From NCBI GenBank assembly GCA_964356005.1, contig CAYHGN010000001.1:1091-65090 (forward strand): a DNA stretch of 64,000 nucleotides. Reading direction: 5' to 3'. The notes under the pieces are model-generated. The model saw only the letters and a list, made by a program, of their open reading frames with translations, was not told where the DNA came from and searched no databases. Origin of the DNA: an uncultured Sphingobacterium sp. GTDB lineage: Bacteria > Bacteroidota > Bacteroidia > Sphingobacteriales > Sphingobacteriaceae. Of this stretch, positions 1-9,536 are shown one piece after another; positions within the stretch are counted from its first letter, which is position 1; the number at the start of each line of letters is the position of its first letter. The translations under genes and the position numbers were made by a program.

Positions 1-407
1 GCCGTATCCTTTTCAGGATTTAATTCCTGCAATTCCTGCATCGCTTTTAAGCCAACTGGAGTTGCCGCATTATCCAAACCAAGCATATTTGCAGAAAAGT
101 TCATGATGATCGAACCATTTGCCGGGTGACTTTTAGGTACTCCGGGAAATAATCTGCTGAAAAAGGGACTCACACCTTTTGCAAAAAGCGAGATCATACC
201 GGCTCTTTCACCGATTTTCATGATGCCAAGCCAGAAAGTCATGACCCCAATTAATCCAATGGAAATTTCTGCACCTGTTTTTGCGCTATCGAACATCCCA
301 TTAACTACATTGTTGAAAATCGCTGTATCTCCAAAAAATATCAGCTTGACTAATGCAACAAGAAATGCAATTACAAAAAAGCCGATCCAGATGTAGTTTA
401 ATGCCAT
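1..407 (-). CDS. Nucleoside-recognition (gate) domain membrane protein, SpmA/SpmB-like; runs off the window edge
   Basis: Not in the ORF track. Manual translation from ATG at 407 gives MALNYIWIGFFVIAFLVALVKLIFFGDTAIFNNVVNGMFDSAKTGAEISIGLIGVMTFWLGIMKIGE...NMLGLDNAATPVGLKAMQELQELNPEKDT, the SpmA-type motif. Confidence 0.85.
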   Translation of the reverse strand, partial: MALNYIWIGFFVIAFLVALVKLIFFGDTAIFNNVVNGMFDSAKTGAEISIGLIGVMTFWLGIMKIGERAGMISLFAKGVSPFFSRLFPGVPKSHPANGSIIMNFSANMLGLDNAATPVGLKAMQELQELNPEKDT

Positions 408-410
408 TTT

Positions 411-447
411 AGTTGTTAGTTGTTGGTTGGTTAGTTGTTGGTTGGTT
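411..447. repeat. 7/8-nt tandem repeat (AGTTGTT / GGTTGGTT)
   Basis: agttgtt agttgtt ggttggtt agttgtt ggttggtt; loosely complementary AAC-rich tract at about 492-511. Confidence 0.8.
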
Positions 448-500
448 AGAAAATTTAAGTTGAACCTGAAATTTATTGTAAAGATGAAGTTCAATAACAA

Positions 501-1706
501 TTAACAACCAATCACCGTTTTCAATACCCCATTCTTAAGTTTAATCAAAATATTCTTATCATGATGAACAATCAAATCTGCGGGTTCATCAATCTTTATT
601 TTTTTTGTTTGGGTTAAAGTAAAGAATTCACAGTTAATTTCATCATAGCCAAAATAATCTGAGAGATCGCCCAACTCAGTTACCATGTAAGTATATTTTA
701 CCGATTTGGCATCCTTGGTGATTTTCTCATCTGCACAAAGTCCAATGTCAAGATTGTAGGGGATGCCATTTTTTTCAAGTTTGCAATTCCTGAGTAAAAT
801 GTGAAAATGTAGTTTTTTATTTTCTGGAATTGAAAAATAATTTTTGTTTTTAGCCTTGAGATAGGATTCTTCAGCGATACTGATCAGGCCTGAAAGGATG
901 GCTTTAAAAAATATTTTTCGGATATATTGTTTCTCTGGGTCATGGTAAAAACCACCTGCTTCGATCAGTATAGTGCTGGTTCCGGCGGCCTGAAAATTAT
1001 CGCCAAATGCCCTGGGTTCATATTCATCATCAAAGCGTCCTACCTGACCAGGTATAGTTTTTTGAATTGCAAAATTCATAATGGAAATCACCTTCATCGC
1101 CTGTTCCCTTGTAGTATTTACACTTAGGGCTTCATCGTACGCGGGAGCCAGCAAAGAGATTGTAGCCGGATTTCCGGTGCTTCCTGCCGACCATAAAGTG
1201 CTCTGATCGTGAAGGTTAAAGCCAAAATGAGGCTTAATTTCATCTCGTAAATGGCGTAAAATTCTACCTTCCGGGCTCTGTTGCCGGTGGAAATCCCGGT
1301 TAATGTCGATATCCATCGCATTCCGGCGATTGAATACTTCTGCACCATCCGGATTTACCATAGGTAAAATATACAAAGTGCATTTTTCAGCAAGTAAACC
1401 ATGAATGTGTTGGAACTGTCCGGGCTTTGATAAAAAATTCAACAGATCAGCAATAGACATTGTAGCTGTTGCTTCATCACCATGCATCTGGCTCCATATA
1501 AATACCCGTTTGGGGCCTTTGCCCCAGGTAATCAGATTGAGGGAGCGTCCATGGGTTGAATAACCTGCTTCTTTCAAACTAAAAGCAGAATTTTTCTTTA
1601 ATTTATTCAAGATTTTCAGGAGCTCAGCCTGCTTGAAAAAACGATTTTTAATTCGCTTTTCTTCAAATGCCTGATAATTTTCCATGAGAATATTGAGCAG
1701 ATCCAT
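501..1706 (-). CDS. M14 family zinc carboxypeptidase
   Basis: HGDE zinc motif, NPDG, NRRN, DINRD and NLHDQ motifs. Confidence 0.85.
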   Translation of the reverse strand: MDLLNILMENYQAFEEKRIKNRFFKQAELLKILNKLKKNSAFSLKEAGYSTHGRSLNLITWGKGPKRVFIWSQMHGDEATATMSIADLLNFLSKPGQFQHIHGLLAEKCTLYILPMVNPDGAEVFNRRNAMDIDINRDFHRQQSPEGRILRHLRDEIKPHFGFNLHDQSTLWSAGSTGNPATISLLAPAYDEALSVNTTREQAMKVISIMNFAIQKTIPGQVGRFDDEYEPRAFGDNFQAAGTSTILIEAGGFYHDPEKQYIRKIFFKAILSGLISIAEESYLKAKNKNYFSIPENKKLHFHILLRNCKLEKNGIPYNLDIGLCADEKITKDAKSVKYTYMVTELGDLSDYFGYDEINCEFFTLTQTKKIKIDEPADLIVHHDKNILIKLKNGVLKTVIGC

Positions 1707-1763
1707 CCGACTAAATTAGTATTTACCACGGGAATATTATTCAATTTTAAATTTCAATTGAAT

Positions 1764-1801
1764 AAAAAAAGCATCCTTTCCGGGATGGAAAGAATGCTTT
1801 T
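1764..1801 (-). terminator. Intrinsic terminator downstream of htpG
   Basis: Stem aaagcatcctttcc / ggaaagaatgcttt followed by a U-tract on the minus strand. Confidence 0.8.
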
Positions 1802-1830
1802 AAATTTATCTGATTGTTTGATTGAAATTA

Positions 1831-3714
1831 TCAGATCAAACTCACACTCCGGTTCACAAATTCGGTTAATTCAGCACCAGTGAGCATACCTTGTGACAAT
1901 AATGCCAGATCAAAAGCTTGTTTTGCCAGTTGAGTTTGTTCTGCCTCATCCTGAGTTAAAAGGATTTTACCGATAAGCTTATGGTTACCATTTATAGCTA
2001 CATTATAATTATCCGGCAGATTGCCATAGAAGCCCATTCCTCCGCCCATTTTAGACATATCCTTCATTCTGCGCATAAATTCATCCATGGTCACGATAAC
2101 AGGAAGTTCTTCGGGATTAAGGCTTTCAATTTCAATCCGCATGTTTGGTTTAACAATAGCCTTTTCAAAGATTGCTTTGACCTTTGCTTTTTCCTCGTCG
2201 TTCAATACATGAACAGTTTGGTCTTCTTTGCTGATAATCTTATCTGCAACATCAGCATCAACTCGCTTCAGAGATGTTTTTTCAAGTTTTTGCTCCAGCT
2301 GACTGATAAAGTGCGGATCAATAGGAGAGTTCAGGTTCAAAACGTCATAGCCCTTTTTGTTTGCCGACTGGATGAAGGTATCCTGCTTATCTGTATCAGT
2401 TGCATAAAGATAAACAAGCATATCATTCTTGTCGGTCTGAGCTTCTTTTACTTTTCCTTTGTATTCTTCAAGGGTAAAATATTCGTTCTTAGTATTGTTT
2501 AAAAGCACGAAATCCTTTCCCTTATCATAGAATTTTTCTTCACTAATCATTCCGTATTTCACGAATAAACCGATATCGCCCCATTTTTCTTCAAAAGCTT
2601 TACGGTCATTTTTAAATAAGGATGCTAGTTTATCGGCCACTTTTTTGGTGATGTAACTGTTGATCTTTTTAACAGCACTATCTGCCTGAAGGAAACTTCT
2701 TGAAACGTTCAAGGGTATATCAGGTGAATCAATTACTCCATGAAGCAGCATTAAAAATTCAGGAACCACGTCTTTTACTTCGTCGGTTATGAATACCTGA
2801 CGAGAGAAGAGTTTGATCTTATTTCTTTGCACTTCAAACTCGTTCTTCACTTTCGGGAAATAGAGAACACCTGTAAGATTGAACGGATAATCCACATTGA
2901 GATGGATCCAGAACAGAGGATCTTCTGAGAAGGGATAAAGTTCTTTATAGAAAGTAAGATAATCTTCGTCTTTTAGCTCAGAAGGAGATTTTGTCCATAT
3001 CGGGCTTGAATTATTGATGATATTATCAACTTCAACAGATTTGAATTTTGGTTTTCCTTCAGTATCTTCTCCATCTGGCTCCTGCTCTGATCGGGTACCA
3101 AATTGTACCGGTATTGGCAGGAATTTGCAATATTTATCAAGAATATCCTTGATTTTTGCTTTGTTTAAAAACTCTTTAGATTCTTTATTTATATGGAGAA
3201 TAATATCTGTTCCTCTGCTGGCGCGTGTCCCGGCACTGATTTCAAATTCTGTGCTTCCGTCGCAGATCCATCGCGCGGGTTCGGCACCATCCTGATATGA
3301 AAGTGTTTGAATTTCAACCTGATCAGCAACCATGAAGGCGGAATAAAACCCAAGTCCGAATTTTCCGATGATCTCATTAGCATCTTTGGCATCCTTGAAT
3401 TTTTCAACAAACTCTGTTGCACCTGAGAATGCAATCTGATTAATATATTTTTTAATTTCTTCTCCAGTCATTCCCAAACCATTGTCGGAAATGGTGATCG
3501 TCTTTTTCTTCTCATCGACCGCTACAGAAACTTTTAACTCACCCAGATCCCCCTTATATTCACCCAAAGAGGAGAGGCGTTTGATTTTTTGAGTGGCATC
3601 TACTGAATTTGCAACCAGCTCTCTCAGGAAGATCTCGTTATCAGAGTATAAAAATTTCTTAATGATTGGAAAAATGTTCTCAGTGTGAATCGAAATGGTT
3701 CCTTTTTCTTGCAT
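1831..3714 (-). CDS. htpG: Molecular chaperone HtpG (Hsp90)
   Basis: LYSDNEIFLRELVANSVDA, DNGLGMT, IGKFGLGFYSAF, IPLNVSRS; start set at MQEKGTISI. Confidence 0.97.
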   Translation of the reverse strand: MQEKGTISIHTENIFPIIKKFLYSDNEIFLRELVANSVDATQKIKRLSSLGEYKGDLGELKVSVAVDEKKKTITISDNGLGMTGEEIKKYINQIAFSGATEFVEKFKDAKDANEIIGKFGLGFYSAFMVADQVEIQTLSYQDGAEPARWICDGSTEFEISAGTRASRGTDIILHINKESKEFLNKAKIKDILDKYCKFLPIPVQFGTRSEQEPDGEDTEGKPKFKSVEVDNIINNSSPIWTKSPSELKDEDYLTFYKELYPFSEDPLFWIHLNVDYPFNLTGVLYFPKVKNEFEVQRNKIKLFSRQVFITDEVKDVVPEFLMLLHGVIDSPDIPLNVSRSFLQADSAVKKINSYITKKVADKLASLFKNDRKAFEEKWGDIGLFVKYGMISEEKFYDKGKDFVLLNNTKNEYFTLEEYKGKVKEAQTDKNDMLVYLYATDTDKQDTFIQSANKKGYDVLNLNSPIDPHFISQLEQKLEKTSLKRVDADVADKIISKEDQTVHVLNDEEKAKVKAIFEKAIVKPNMRIEIESLNPEELPVIVTMDEFMRRMKDMSKMGGGMGFYGNLPDNYNVAINGNHKLIGKILLTQDEAEQTQLAKQAFDLALLSQGMLTGAELTEFVNRSVSLI

Positions 3715-3746
3715 TTTCTTATTTGTTTGAATTACAATGCTCATTC

Positions 3747-3787
3747 ATCAATACTTATTCCAAAAGTAAATTATGTCAAGTTGACAT
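3747..3787 (-). promoter_or_regulatory. Sigma54-like element (TGGAATAAGTATTGAT) plus palindrome ATGTCAAGTTGACAT upstream of htpG
   Basis: GG-N10-GA on the minus strand at 3762-3747; perfect 7-bp inverted repeat at 3773-3787. Confidence 0.4.
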
Positions 3788-3930
3788 TTTTTAGGGCATA
3801 TTTTAATAATAAACTGTCAGTTTTTGAATGAATCCGGGCAATTTTTGGCTAATTAAGTTTCATCACCGGTTTGAGATAATAGACCTAAGCAGAGAATTTT
3901 TATGCAGAGTAAAGAATACCCACATGACTT

Positions 3931-3946
3931 CGGCACATTTGTTGCG
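3931..3946 (+). promoter_or_regulatory. Candidate sigma54 (-24/-12) promoter
   Basis: CGGCACATTTGTTGCG fits TGGCAC-N5-TTGC with exact GG-N10-GC spacing. Confidence 0.45.
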
Positions 3947-4031
3947 ATAATGCCAAACTATAAAATCAATTAAATTTTAAAATTGGTTAAAAACCTGATT
4001 AACAATAATTTAATTTAATATCCGAAGGTGC

Positions 4032-5732
4032 ATGAAGTGTTTAAAATACAAAATCAACATGAATAATAGTACAAAAATTCAAGAAGGAAGTTTATTCAAA
4101 ACCTTCAGAAATCGAGCTGAAAAATTCTTTTTCACTTTATCTGTTCTTTCCCTCGTATTTTTTGCTTCATCCTGTAAAAATTCAAGTACAAGGTTTTCTG
4201 ATGAAGATCAGCAGGTACTTGATAGCACATACTATATAGATTATATTAAAGCAGATACAAAACTTGCAGATCAATTGCAATTGGTGAAATCATTCTACCG
4301 GGTTAGAAAATATGAACTGGCCTGGTTTAAGAAAAATACAATTGTTCCTCAGGCAGAAAAAATGCTTGAGGTGATAACCAAAGCTGCTGATGAAGGACTT
4401 GACCCGGCAGATTACCGTTTAGCCGATTTGGATAAATTGTTTAAAGAACTTAAGGCGTCGAAGCGGGATTTTGACAAATTCACTGAAATTCAAAAGGAGC
4501 TTGATGTAGCATTAACCGGGACGTATTTTTTATGGGCTTCCGACTATTACCGTGGACTTGTAGTGCCTAATGAGAATAAGGAAATTGAATGGGATGTGAA
4601 AAAGAATAAGATCAAACTTGACGGGGCATTGATGACTGTTCTGGGTGAAAGGGAAAGTAAATATCCTTATGCAAGTTTTAGTCCGCTACACGATGAATAT
4701 TCAAGGCTTAAGACATCTTTGGCTGAGTACAGAAAGATACAGGCATCAGGAGGATGGCCTAATGTTGAGGCCTCACCTAAGTTAAAGCACTTACAAAGCT
4801 CAACTATAATCCCTACGATCAGAAAACGCCTGGGATTACCGGAAGTAGAAGGTACTGTTTACACTGATGAAGTTTTTGACGCGGTAAAGCAATTTCAGGC
4901 TATTCAGGGTTTAAAACCTGATGGAGTTCTGGGTGCTGAAACGGTAAAGATTATGAATATTCCCATTAATGATCGAATAAGGCAAATCATATTGAATATG
5001 GAAAGATGGCGTTGGATTCCACGAAGCTTCGAGCCTGATTATCTTTTGGTCAATATTCCTGAATACAAATTGTATGTTTATGAGGAAGGCAAGGAAAAAC
5101 TTTCGATGAATGTGATTGTTGGGAAAGCAATAAACAGCACACCTGTTTTTAGTGATAGAATGGAAAATGTTGTGCTTTCACCCTATTGGAATGTGCCTTT
5201 CAGTATTATTAAAGAAGAATTGGCACCAAAAATCATGTCCAATCCTTCTTATCTCGACCGACTTGATATGGAAGTCGTTACTACTTCAGGAGAGCAAATC
5301 GATCCGGCTTCCATAAATTGGAATGAAATAACTGAAGATAACTGGAAGTATAATTTACGCCGACGTCCGGGGCCCAAAAATGATTTGGGTAATGTAAAGT
5401 TTATATTCCCAAATTCAAATAATATTTATCTTCATGATACACCACATGATGAGTTATTCAGTCAGGCAAAACGTGGTTTTAGTCATGGTTGTGTTCGGGT
5501 CGAAAAGCCGATGGAACTTGCCGAATATTTGCTTAGAAATTCCGGGAACTGGAGTAAGTCGCAGATTTTAGAGACTATTTCCAAGCGGGAGGAGAAACAG
5601 GTGCCTTTAAAAGCATCCCTGCCAGTGTACCTGGTCTATTTTACCGCCTGGACTGATGAGAATGGGCAGGTTCATTTCCGTGATGATATCTATGGACATG
5701 ATAAAACACTGGCGGAACATTATTTTAATTAA
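4032..5732 (+). CDS. L,D-transpeptidase (YcbB/LdtD-like) lipoprotein with peptidoglycan-binding domain
   Basis: Lipobox [22 protein letters not shown]-binding motif, [14 protein letters not shown] and SHGCVR catalytic motif; true start may be 4059. Confidence 0.92.
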   Translation: MKCLKYKINMNNSTKIQEGSLFKTFRNRAEKFFFTLSVLSLVFFASSCKNSSTRFSDEDQQVLDSTYYIDYIKADTKLADQLQLVKSFYRVRKYELAWFKKNTIVPQAEKMLEVITKAADEGLDPADYRLADLDKLFKELKASKRDFDKFTEIQKELDVALTGTYFLWASDYYRGLVVPNENKEIEWDVKKNKIKLDGALMTVLGERESKYPYASFSPLHDEYSRLKTSLAEYRKIQASGGWPNVEASPKLKHLQSSTIIPTIRKRLGLPEVEGTVYTDEVFDAVKQFQAIQGLKPDGVLGAETVKIMNIPINDRIRQIILNMERWRWIPRSFEPDYLLVNIPEYKLYVYEEGKEKLSMNVIVGKAINSTPVFSDRMENVVLSPYWNVPFSIIKEELAPKIMSNPSYLDRLDMEVVTTSGEQIDPASINWNEITEDNWKYNLRRRPGPKNDLGNVKFIFPNSNNIYLHDTPHDELFSQAKRGFSHGCVRVEKPMELAEYLLRNSGNWSKSQILETISKREEKQVPLKASLPVYLVYFTAWTDENGQVHFRDDIYGHDKTLAEHYFN

Positions 5733-7321
5733 CTCCTCGCTTTATTAAACTCCGAAGTGTTATGAAATTCAACTTCCGGAAAATCACGTTTTGCAAGATT
5801 TAATGTCCAATCGTTATCAGCAAGAAATACAGGATTTCCATCCTTATCAGTCGCAATATGATGATGTCTGCGTTGGGTTATTTCATTAATATTCTTCTTG
5901 TCTTTTGAAGTCATCCAGCTTGACTTTCTAAAGGTAAGTGGTCTGAATGCACATTTTGCGCCATATTCATGCTGAAGTCTGAACACGATTACCTCATATT
6001 GAAGTTCTCCAACTGTACCGATAATTTTCCGGTTTCCGGGTTGTTGAACAAACAATTGAGCAACACCCTCTTCTGTTAATTGCTGCAAGCCTTTTTCAAG
6101 CTGTTTGGATTTTAAAGGGTCCCGGTTTTCTACCTCCTTGAATATTTCAGGAGAAAAGCTTGGAATACCCTTAAACTGTAATTGTTCACCTTCAGTTAAA
6201 GTATCCCCGATTTTAAAATTTCCACTATCATAAAGCCCTACAACATCACCCGGCCATGCCTCTTCAACCAGACTTTTTTCATTGGCCATGAAATCTACAG
6301 GGTTTGAAAATTTCAATTTTTTATTAAGTCGGGTATGATAAAAGAATTTGTTTCGCTCAAATTTTCCTGAACATATTCTTAAAAACGCAATTCTGTCGCG
6401 ATGGTTCGGATCGAGGTTGGCATGTATTTTAAATACAAATCCTGTAAAATTCTTTTCATTTGCCATAACCATACGCTCATTAGCTTCACGGCTTTTTGGG
6501 CTTGGTGCAATGGCAACGAATGTGTCAAGCAATTCGCGAATTCCGAAATTATTTATGGCACTTCCGAAGAAAACAGGGGCAAGTAGGCCTTCAAGATATA
6601 GGTCTTTATCCAGATTTCCATAAACCCCATCAACAAGTTCAAGGTCATCCTGTAAAGTTTTAAGTTCCTTAGGTTGCAAAAATTGAGTCAGGAGAGGGTC
6701 ATTAAGATCTTTGACCTGTATTACAGGTTCGCTGATTTTAGATTTATCAGGCTTAAAAAGATTCAGTTGCTTATCGAAAATATTATAAACTCCCTTAAAA
6801 TTATAACCTTGACCAATTGGCCATGAGAGTGGGCATACACTGATATTAAGCTTGTTTTCGAGTTCATCAAGCAATTCAAAGGTGTCTTTTCCTTCGCGGT
6901 CAAGCTTATTGACAAATATGATCACCGGAGTATTCCGCATCCGGCAGACATCCATTAGTTTTTGTGTTTGTTCCTCAACACCTTTCACACTGTCGACAAC
7001 CAGAATTACACTATCTACTGCAGATAAAGTACGGTAAGTGTCTTCCGCAAAATCCTTATGCCCGGGTGTATCCAGAATATTGATTCGTTTACCATTATAC
7101 TCAAAGCCCATCACAGAAGTAGCAACAGAAATCCCCCGTTGTTTTTCAATTTCCATGAAATCGGATGTGCTGCTTTGATTTGCTTTGTTTCGTTTTACTG
7201 TACCTGCAGTATTGATTGCCCCTCCAAAAAGAAGAAATTTTTCAGTCAGCGTTGTTTTACCAGCATCAGGGTGGCTAATGATTGCAAATGTTTTTCTTTT
7301 TTCAATTTCAGGATTTAGCAT
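5729..7321 (-). CDS. prfC: Peptide chain release factor 3
   Basis: [45 protein letters not shown]. Confidence 0.97.
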   Translation of the reverse strand: MLNPEIEKRKTFAIISHPDAGKTTLTEKFLLFGGAINTAGTVKRNKANQSSTSDFMEIEKQRGISVATSVMGFEYNGKRINILDTPGHKDFAEDTYRTLSAVDSVILVVDSVKGVEEQTQKLMDVCRMRNTPVIIFVNKLDREGKDTFELLDELENKLNISVCPLSWPIGQGYNFKGVYNIFDKQLNLFKPDKSKISEPVIQVKDLNDPLLTQFLQPKELKTLQDDLELVDGVYGNLDKDLYLEGLLAPVFFGSAINNFGIRELLDTFVAIAPSPKSREANERMVMANEKNFTGFVFKIHANLDPNHRDRIAFLRICSGKFERNKFFYHTRLNKKLKFSNPVDFMANEKSLVEEAWPGDVVGLYDSGNFKIGDTLTEGEQLQFKGIPSFSPEIFKEVENRDPLKSKQLEKGLQQLTEEGVAQLFVQQPGNRKIIGTVGELQYEVIVFRLQHEYGAKCAFRPLTFRKSSWMTSKDKKNINEITQRRHHHIATDKDGNPVFLADNDWTLNLAKRDFPEVEFHNTSEFNKARS

Positions 7322-7345
7322 ATTTAAAAAAGGAGGGTATTGAGA

Positions 7346-7393
7346 TTAATAGGGTAGGTTTAGAGATACCGGTATGATACCTGGATTATTCAT
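7346..7393 (-). CDS. Putative 15-aa leader ORF upstream of and in frame with prfC (MNNPGIIPVSLNLPY)
   Basis: ATG 7 nt after a TAnnTTTG box; TAA at 7348-7346; eight sense codons to the prfC ATG. Translation unproven. Confidence 0.3.
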   Translation of the reverse strand: MNNPGIIPVSLNLPY

Positions 7394-7400
7394 AATCCTG

Positions 7401-7408
7401 CAAAGATA
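7401..7408 (-). promoter_or_regulatory. Bacteroidota -7 promoter box for prfC
   Basis: TATCTTTG on the minus strand. Confidence 0.6.
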
Positions 7409-7423
7409 ATAATATTTTGTAAG

Positions 7424-7472
7424 CCTGTCAGCCTTTGACAACCCTGTCAGCCTTTAGAAGGCTGACAGGGTT
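7424..7472. repeat. REP-like palindrome cluster (three half-units)
   Basis: cctgtcagcctt (7424-7435), then aaccctgtcagcctt-tag-aaggctgacagggtt (7440-7472); same 15-mer as at 45541 and 54167. Confidence 0.85.
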
Positions 7473-8416
7473 TTGAAGAAGACTTCAGTTGCTCCGTAGC
7501 CGAATTTTTCTTTATAGGCATCCATGAAGGTTTTTACCTGTGGATGTTTGCTGATGATTTTATAGATTTCATTTCTTAAAGTACCATTTCCGGAGCCATG
7601 AATAAAAATGATGGAAGGTATTTTATGGACAATTGCCGCATCGAGTGATTTTCGGAAATGGTTCATCTGGATATCCAGAATTTCTGAATTATTGAGGAAC
7701 TGATAATCATCCCGGATTTTTTCAATGTGCAGGTCGACTTCTTTTTCGGGTCTTTCTATTTGAATTTTTTCTGTAGTAGGTCTGAAAAAACTTTCTTTTA
7801 GTTTTTCGGGATCAATTAGAGGTTCGGGACTGTCAAGTTGTATCAGCCACCCGGCTTGTTCAAGTAGTTCATGTTGTTTTTTCGCTCCGGAAAAATCCTT
7901 GGCCCTGAATTTTTCTGAAAACTCAATTGGCTTTTGCATCTCTTCATTGCCTGGGCTGAATAAAAGTGCTTGAATATGGAATTCAGGCCATAAATCGAGT
8001 TCATTTAATGAGCATGAATAGATATGGACTTTCGACTGTTCGTTTAAAATTCCGGTATATTCGCCTTTATATTGATTCTTTTTACAGGTATAAAGTGTCA
8101 TTAGCAATTGCCAGGAGCTTGAATTAACTAAGTGGAAATGCAGAACTGAGGGACTTCTTTTATCTGGGCTAAGAGCGAGGAATATACCATTTGAGATGAA
8201 TTGTGAGGATTTTAAATCAGAATGATTTTCTAAGGTCTGATCATCAGAAAAATCAGTTTTCCCATGCACACGCGTAACCTGACTTGCCAATACCGGAATT
8301 TCAAACCCATCATCATCTGTTACAGCTAAGGTGCTTTCATCAATTATCCGTGTGATATAACCTTCTCTACGTTCATTAACAAAGCGAACGAACTCACCTA
8401 ATTTATACTTCATCAT
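7454..8416 (-). CDS. DUF2027 / Smr domain protein
   Basis: N-terminal KYKLGEFVRFVNE...DDDGFEIPV; C-terminal Smr motifs EVDLHIE, IFIHGSGNGTLR, YGATEV. Confidence 0.88.
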   Translation of the reverse strand: MMKYKLGEFVRFVNERREGYITRIIDESTLAVTDDDGFEIPVLASQVTRVHGKTDFSDDQTLENHSDLKSSQFISNGIFLALSPDKRSPSVLHFHLVNSSSWQLLMTLYTCKKNQYKGEYTGILNEQSKVHIYSCSLNELDLWPEFHIQALLFSPGNEEMQKPIEFSEKFRAKDFSGAKKQHELLEQAGWLIQLDSPEPLIDPEKLKESFFRPTTEKIQIERPEKEVDLHIEKIRDDYQFLNNSEILDIQMNHFRKSLDAAIVHKIPSIIFIHGSGNGTLRNEIYKIISKHPQVKTFMDAYKEKFGYGATEVFFKTLSAF

Positions 8417-8552
8417 TATGGATTTTGACTGCCTTTGAAAGAGTGTAGCATGAGGCAAATCTATGAAAATAATACGCCGCATATCCTACAATCATGTTTA
8501 TCGGAATAAATCCAATTTGCTTCCTACATTTGTTTTGAATTAAAATTTTTCT

Positions 8553-8774
8553 ATGATTACTGAACAACCTAATAATCCGCTTCATGGTAAATCCCTTGAA
8601 AAGATTCTGGTGTGTCTTGTTGATCATTATGGATGGGATAAACTTGGTGTACTGATCAGGATCAATTGTTTTAACGAAAACCCGGGCATCCCCTCCAGTC
8701 TGAAATTTCTCAGGAAAACAGAATGGGCCCGCAAAAAGGTGGAAGATCTGTATATCAAAACAATCCACAATTGA
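8553..8774 (+). CDS. VF530 family (DUF2132) small DNA-binding protein
   Basis: [23 protein letters not shown]...[27 protein letters not shown]. Confidence 0.9.
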   Translation: MITEQPNNPLHGKSLEKILVCLVDHYGWDKLGVLIRINCFNENPGIPSSLKFLRKTEWARKKVEDLYIKTIHN

Positions 8775-8811
8775 GATCGATTTATATCTTTGTAACTTAA
8801 ATTATATTAGA

Positions 8812-9348
8812 ATGAACAGATTTAGATTATTTATTTCACTTTTTGCAATTGTTGCTTTGCTTTCCGCCTGCAACCAGTCTCAGGAAAGCAAAGAGACACC
8901 TCCCAGTGATTCGCTTGCAAAGGCTCCAATAATTGCAGTTGAATTAAGAGACACATTAATCAATCAGGCTTATAAATGTTATGAGGATCTTAAAGATGTA
9001 CTTGTAACATCAAATGCATCCGAAGCCAGAATAGCAGCAGCAGAACTTGGAGCAGCTTTGCGTAAGGTCAAGGGTACTGAAAATACCGCAGTTTTAGCCG
9101 ATAAAATTGCTGCAAGTACTGATCTTGTGGCTCAACGTTCCACTTTTACCACACTAAGTAATGATGTGATTAAACTATTCAAACAATCAGAAATTTCTTC
9201 AGGTAGCATTTATGTTCAATACTGTCCGATGGCTAATGAAGGTAATGGTGGATATTGGCTATCTTCCCAACAGGAAATAATGAATCCGTATTATGGTGAT
9301 GAGATGCTTCATTGTGGTGAAGTGAAAGAAACTCTGGCAAAAAAATAA
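8812..9348 (+). CDS. DUF3347 domain lipoprotein, putative metal binding
   Basis: Lipobox LLSAC; YVQYCPMA...GGYWLS...IMNPYYGDEMLHCG; TATCTTTG box at 8785-8792. Confidence 0.85.
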   Translation: MNRFRLFISLFAIVALLSACNQSQESKETPPSDSLAKAPIIAVELRDTLINQAYKCYEDLKDVLVTSNASEARIAAAELGAALRKVKGTENTAVLADKIAASTDLVAQRSTFTTLSNDVIKLFKQSEISSGSIYVQYCPMANEGNGGYWLSSQQEIMNPYYGDEMLHCGEVKETLAKK

Positions 9349-9507
9349 TTCAGACAAGTTTTTTGGTTTGAATTTTATTTTCTGAATTTTTAATCACTAT
9401 TCAATATATTCAACACTTTCTTTTATTATTTTTAGACTATTTTGATTTTTTAACAAAAATATTGCAAAACCTTTTATCAAAATTAGTTCAAAAGCGTACA
9501 TAATTAT

Positions 9508-9515
9508 TAGTTTTG
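9508..9515 (+). promoter_or_regulatory. -7 promoter box for gltA
   Basis: TAGTTTTG 21 nt before the ATG. Confidence 0.6.
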
Positions 9516-9536
9516 TGAATCAACTATTAGAATTTT

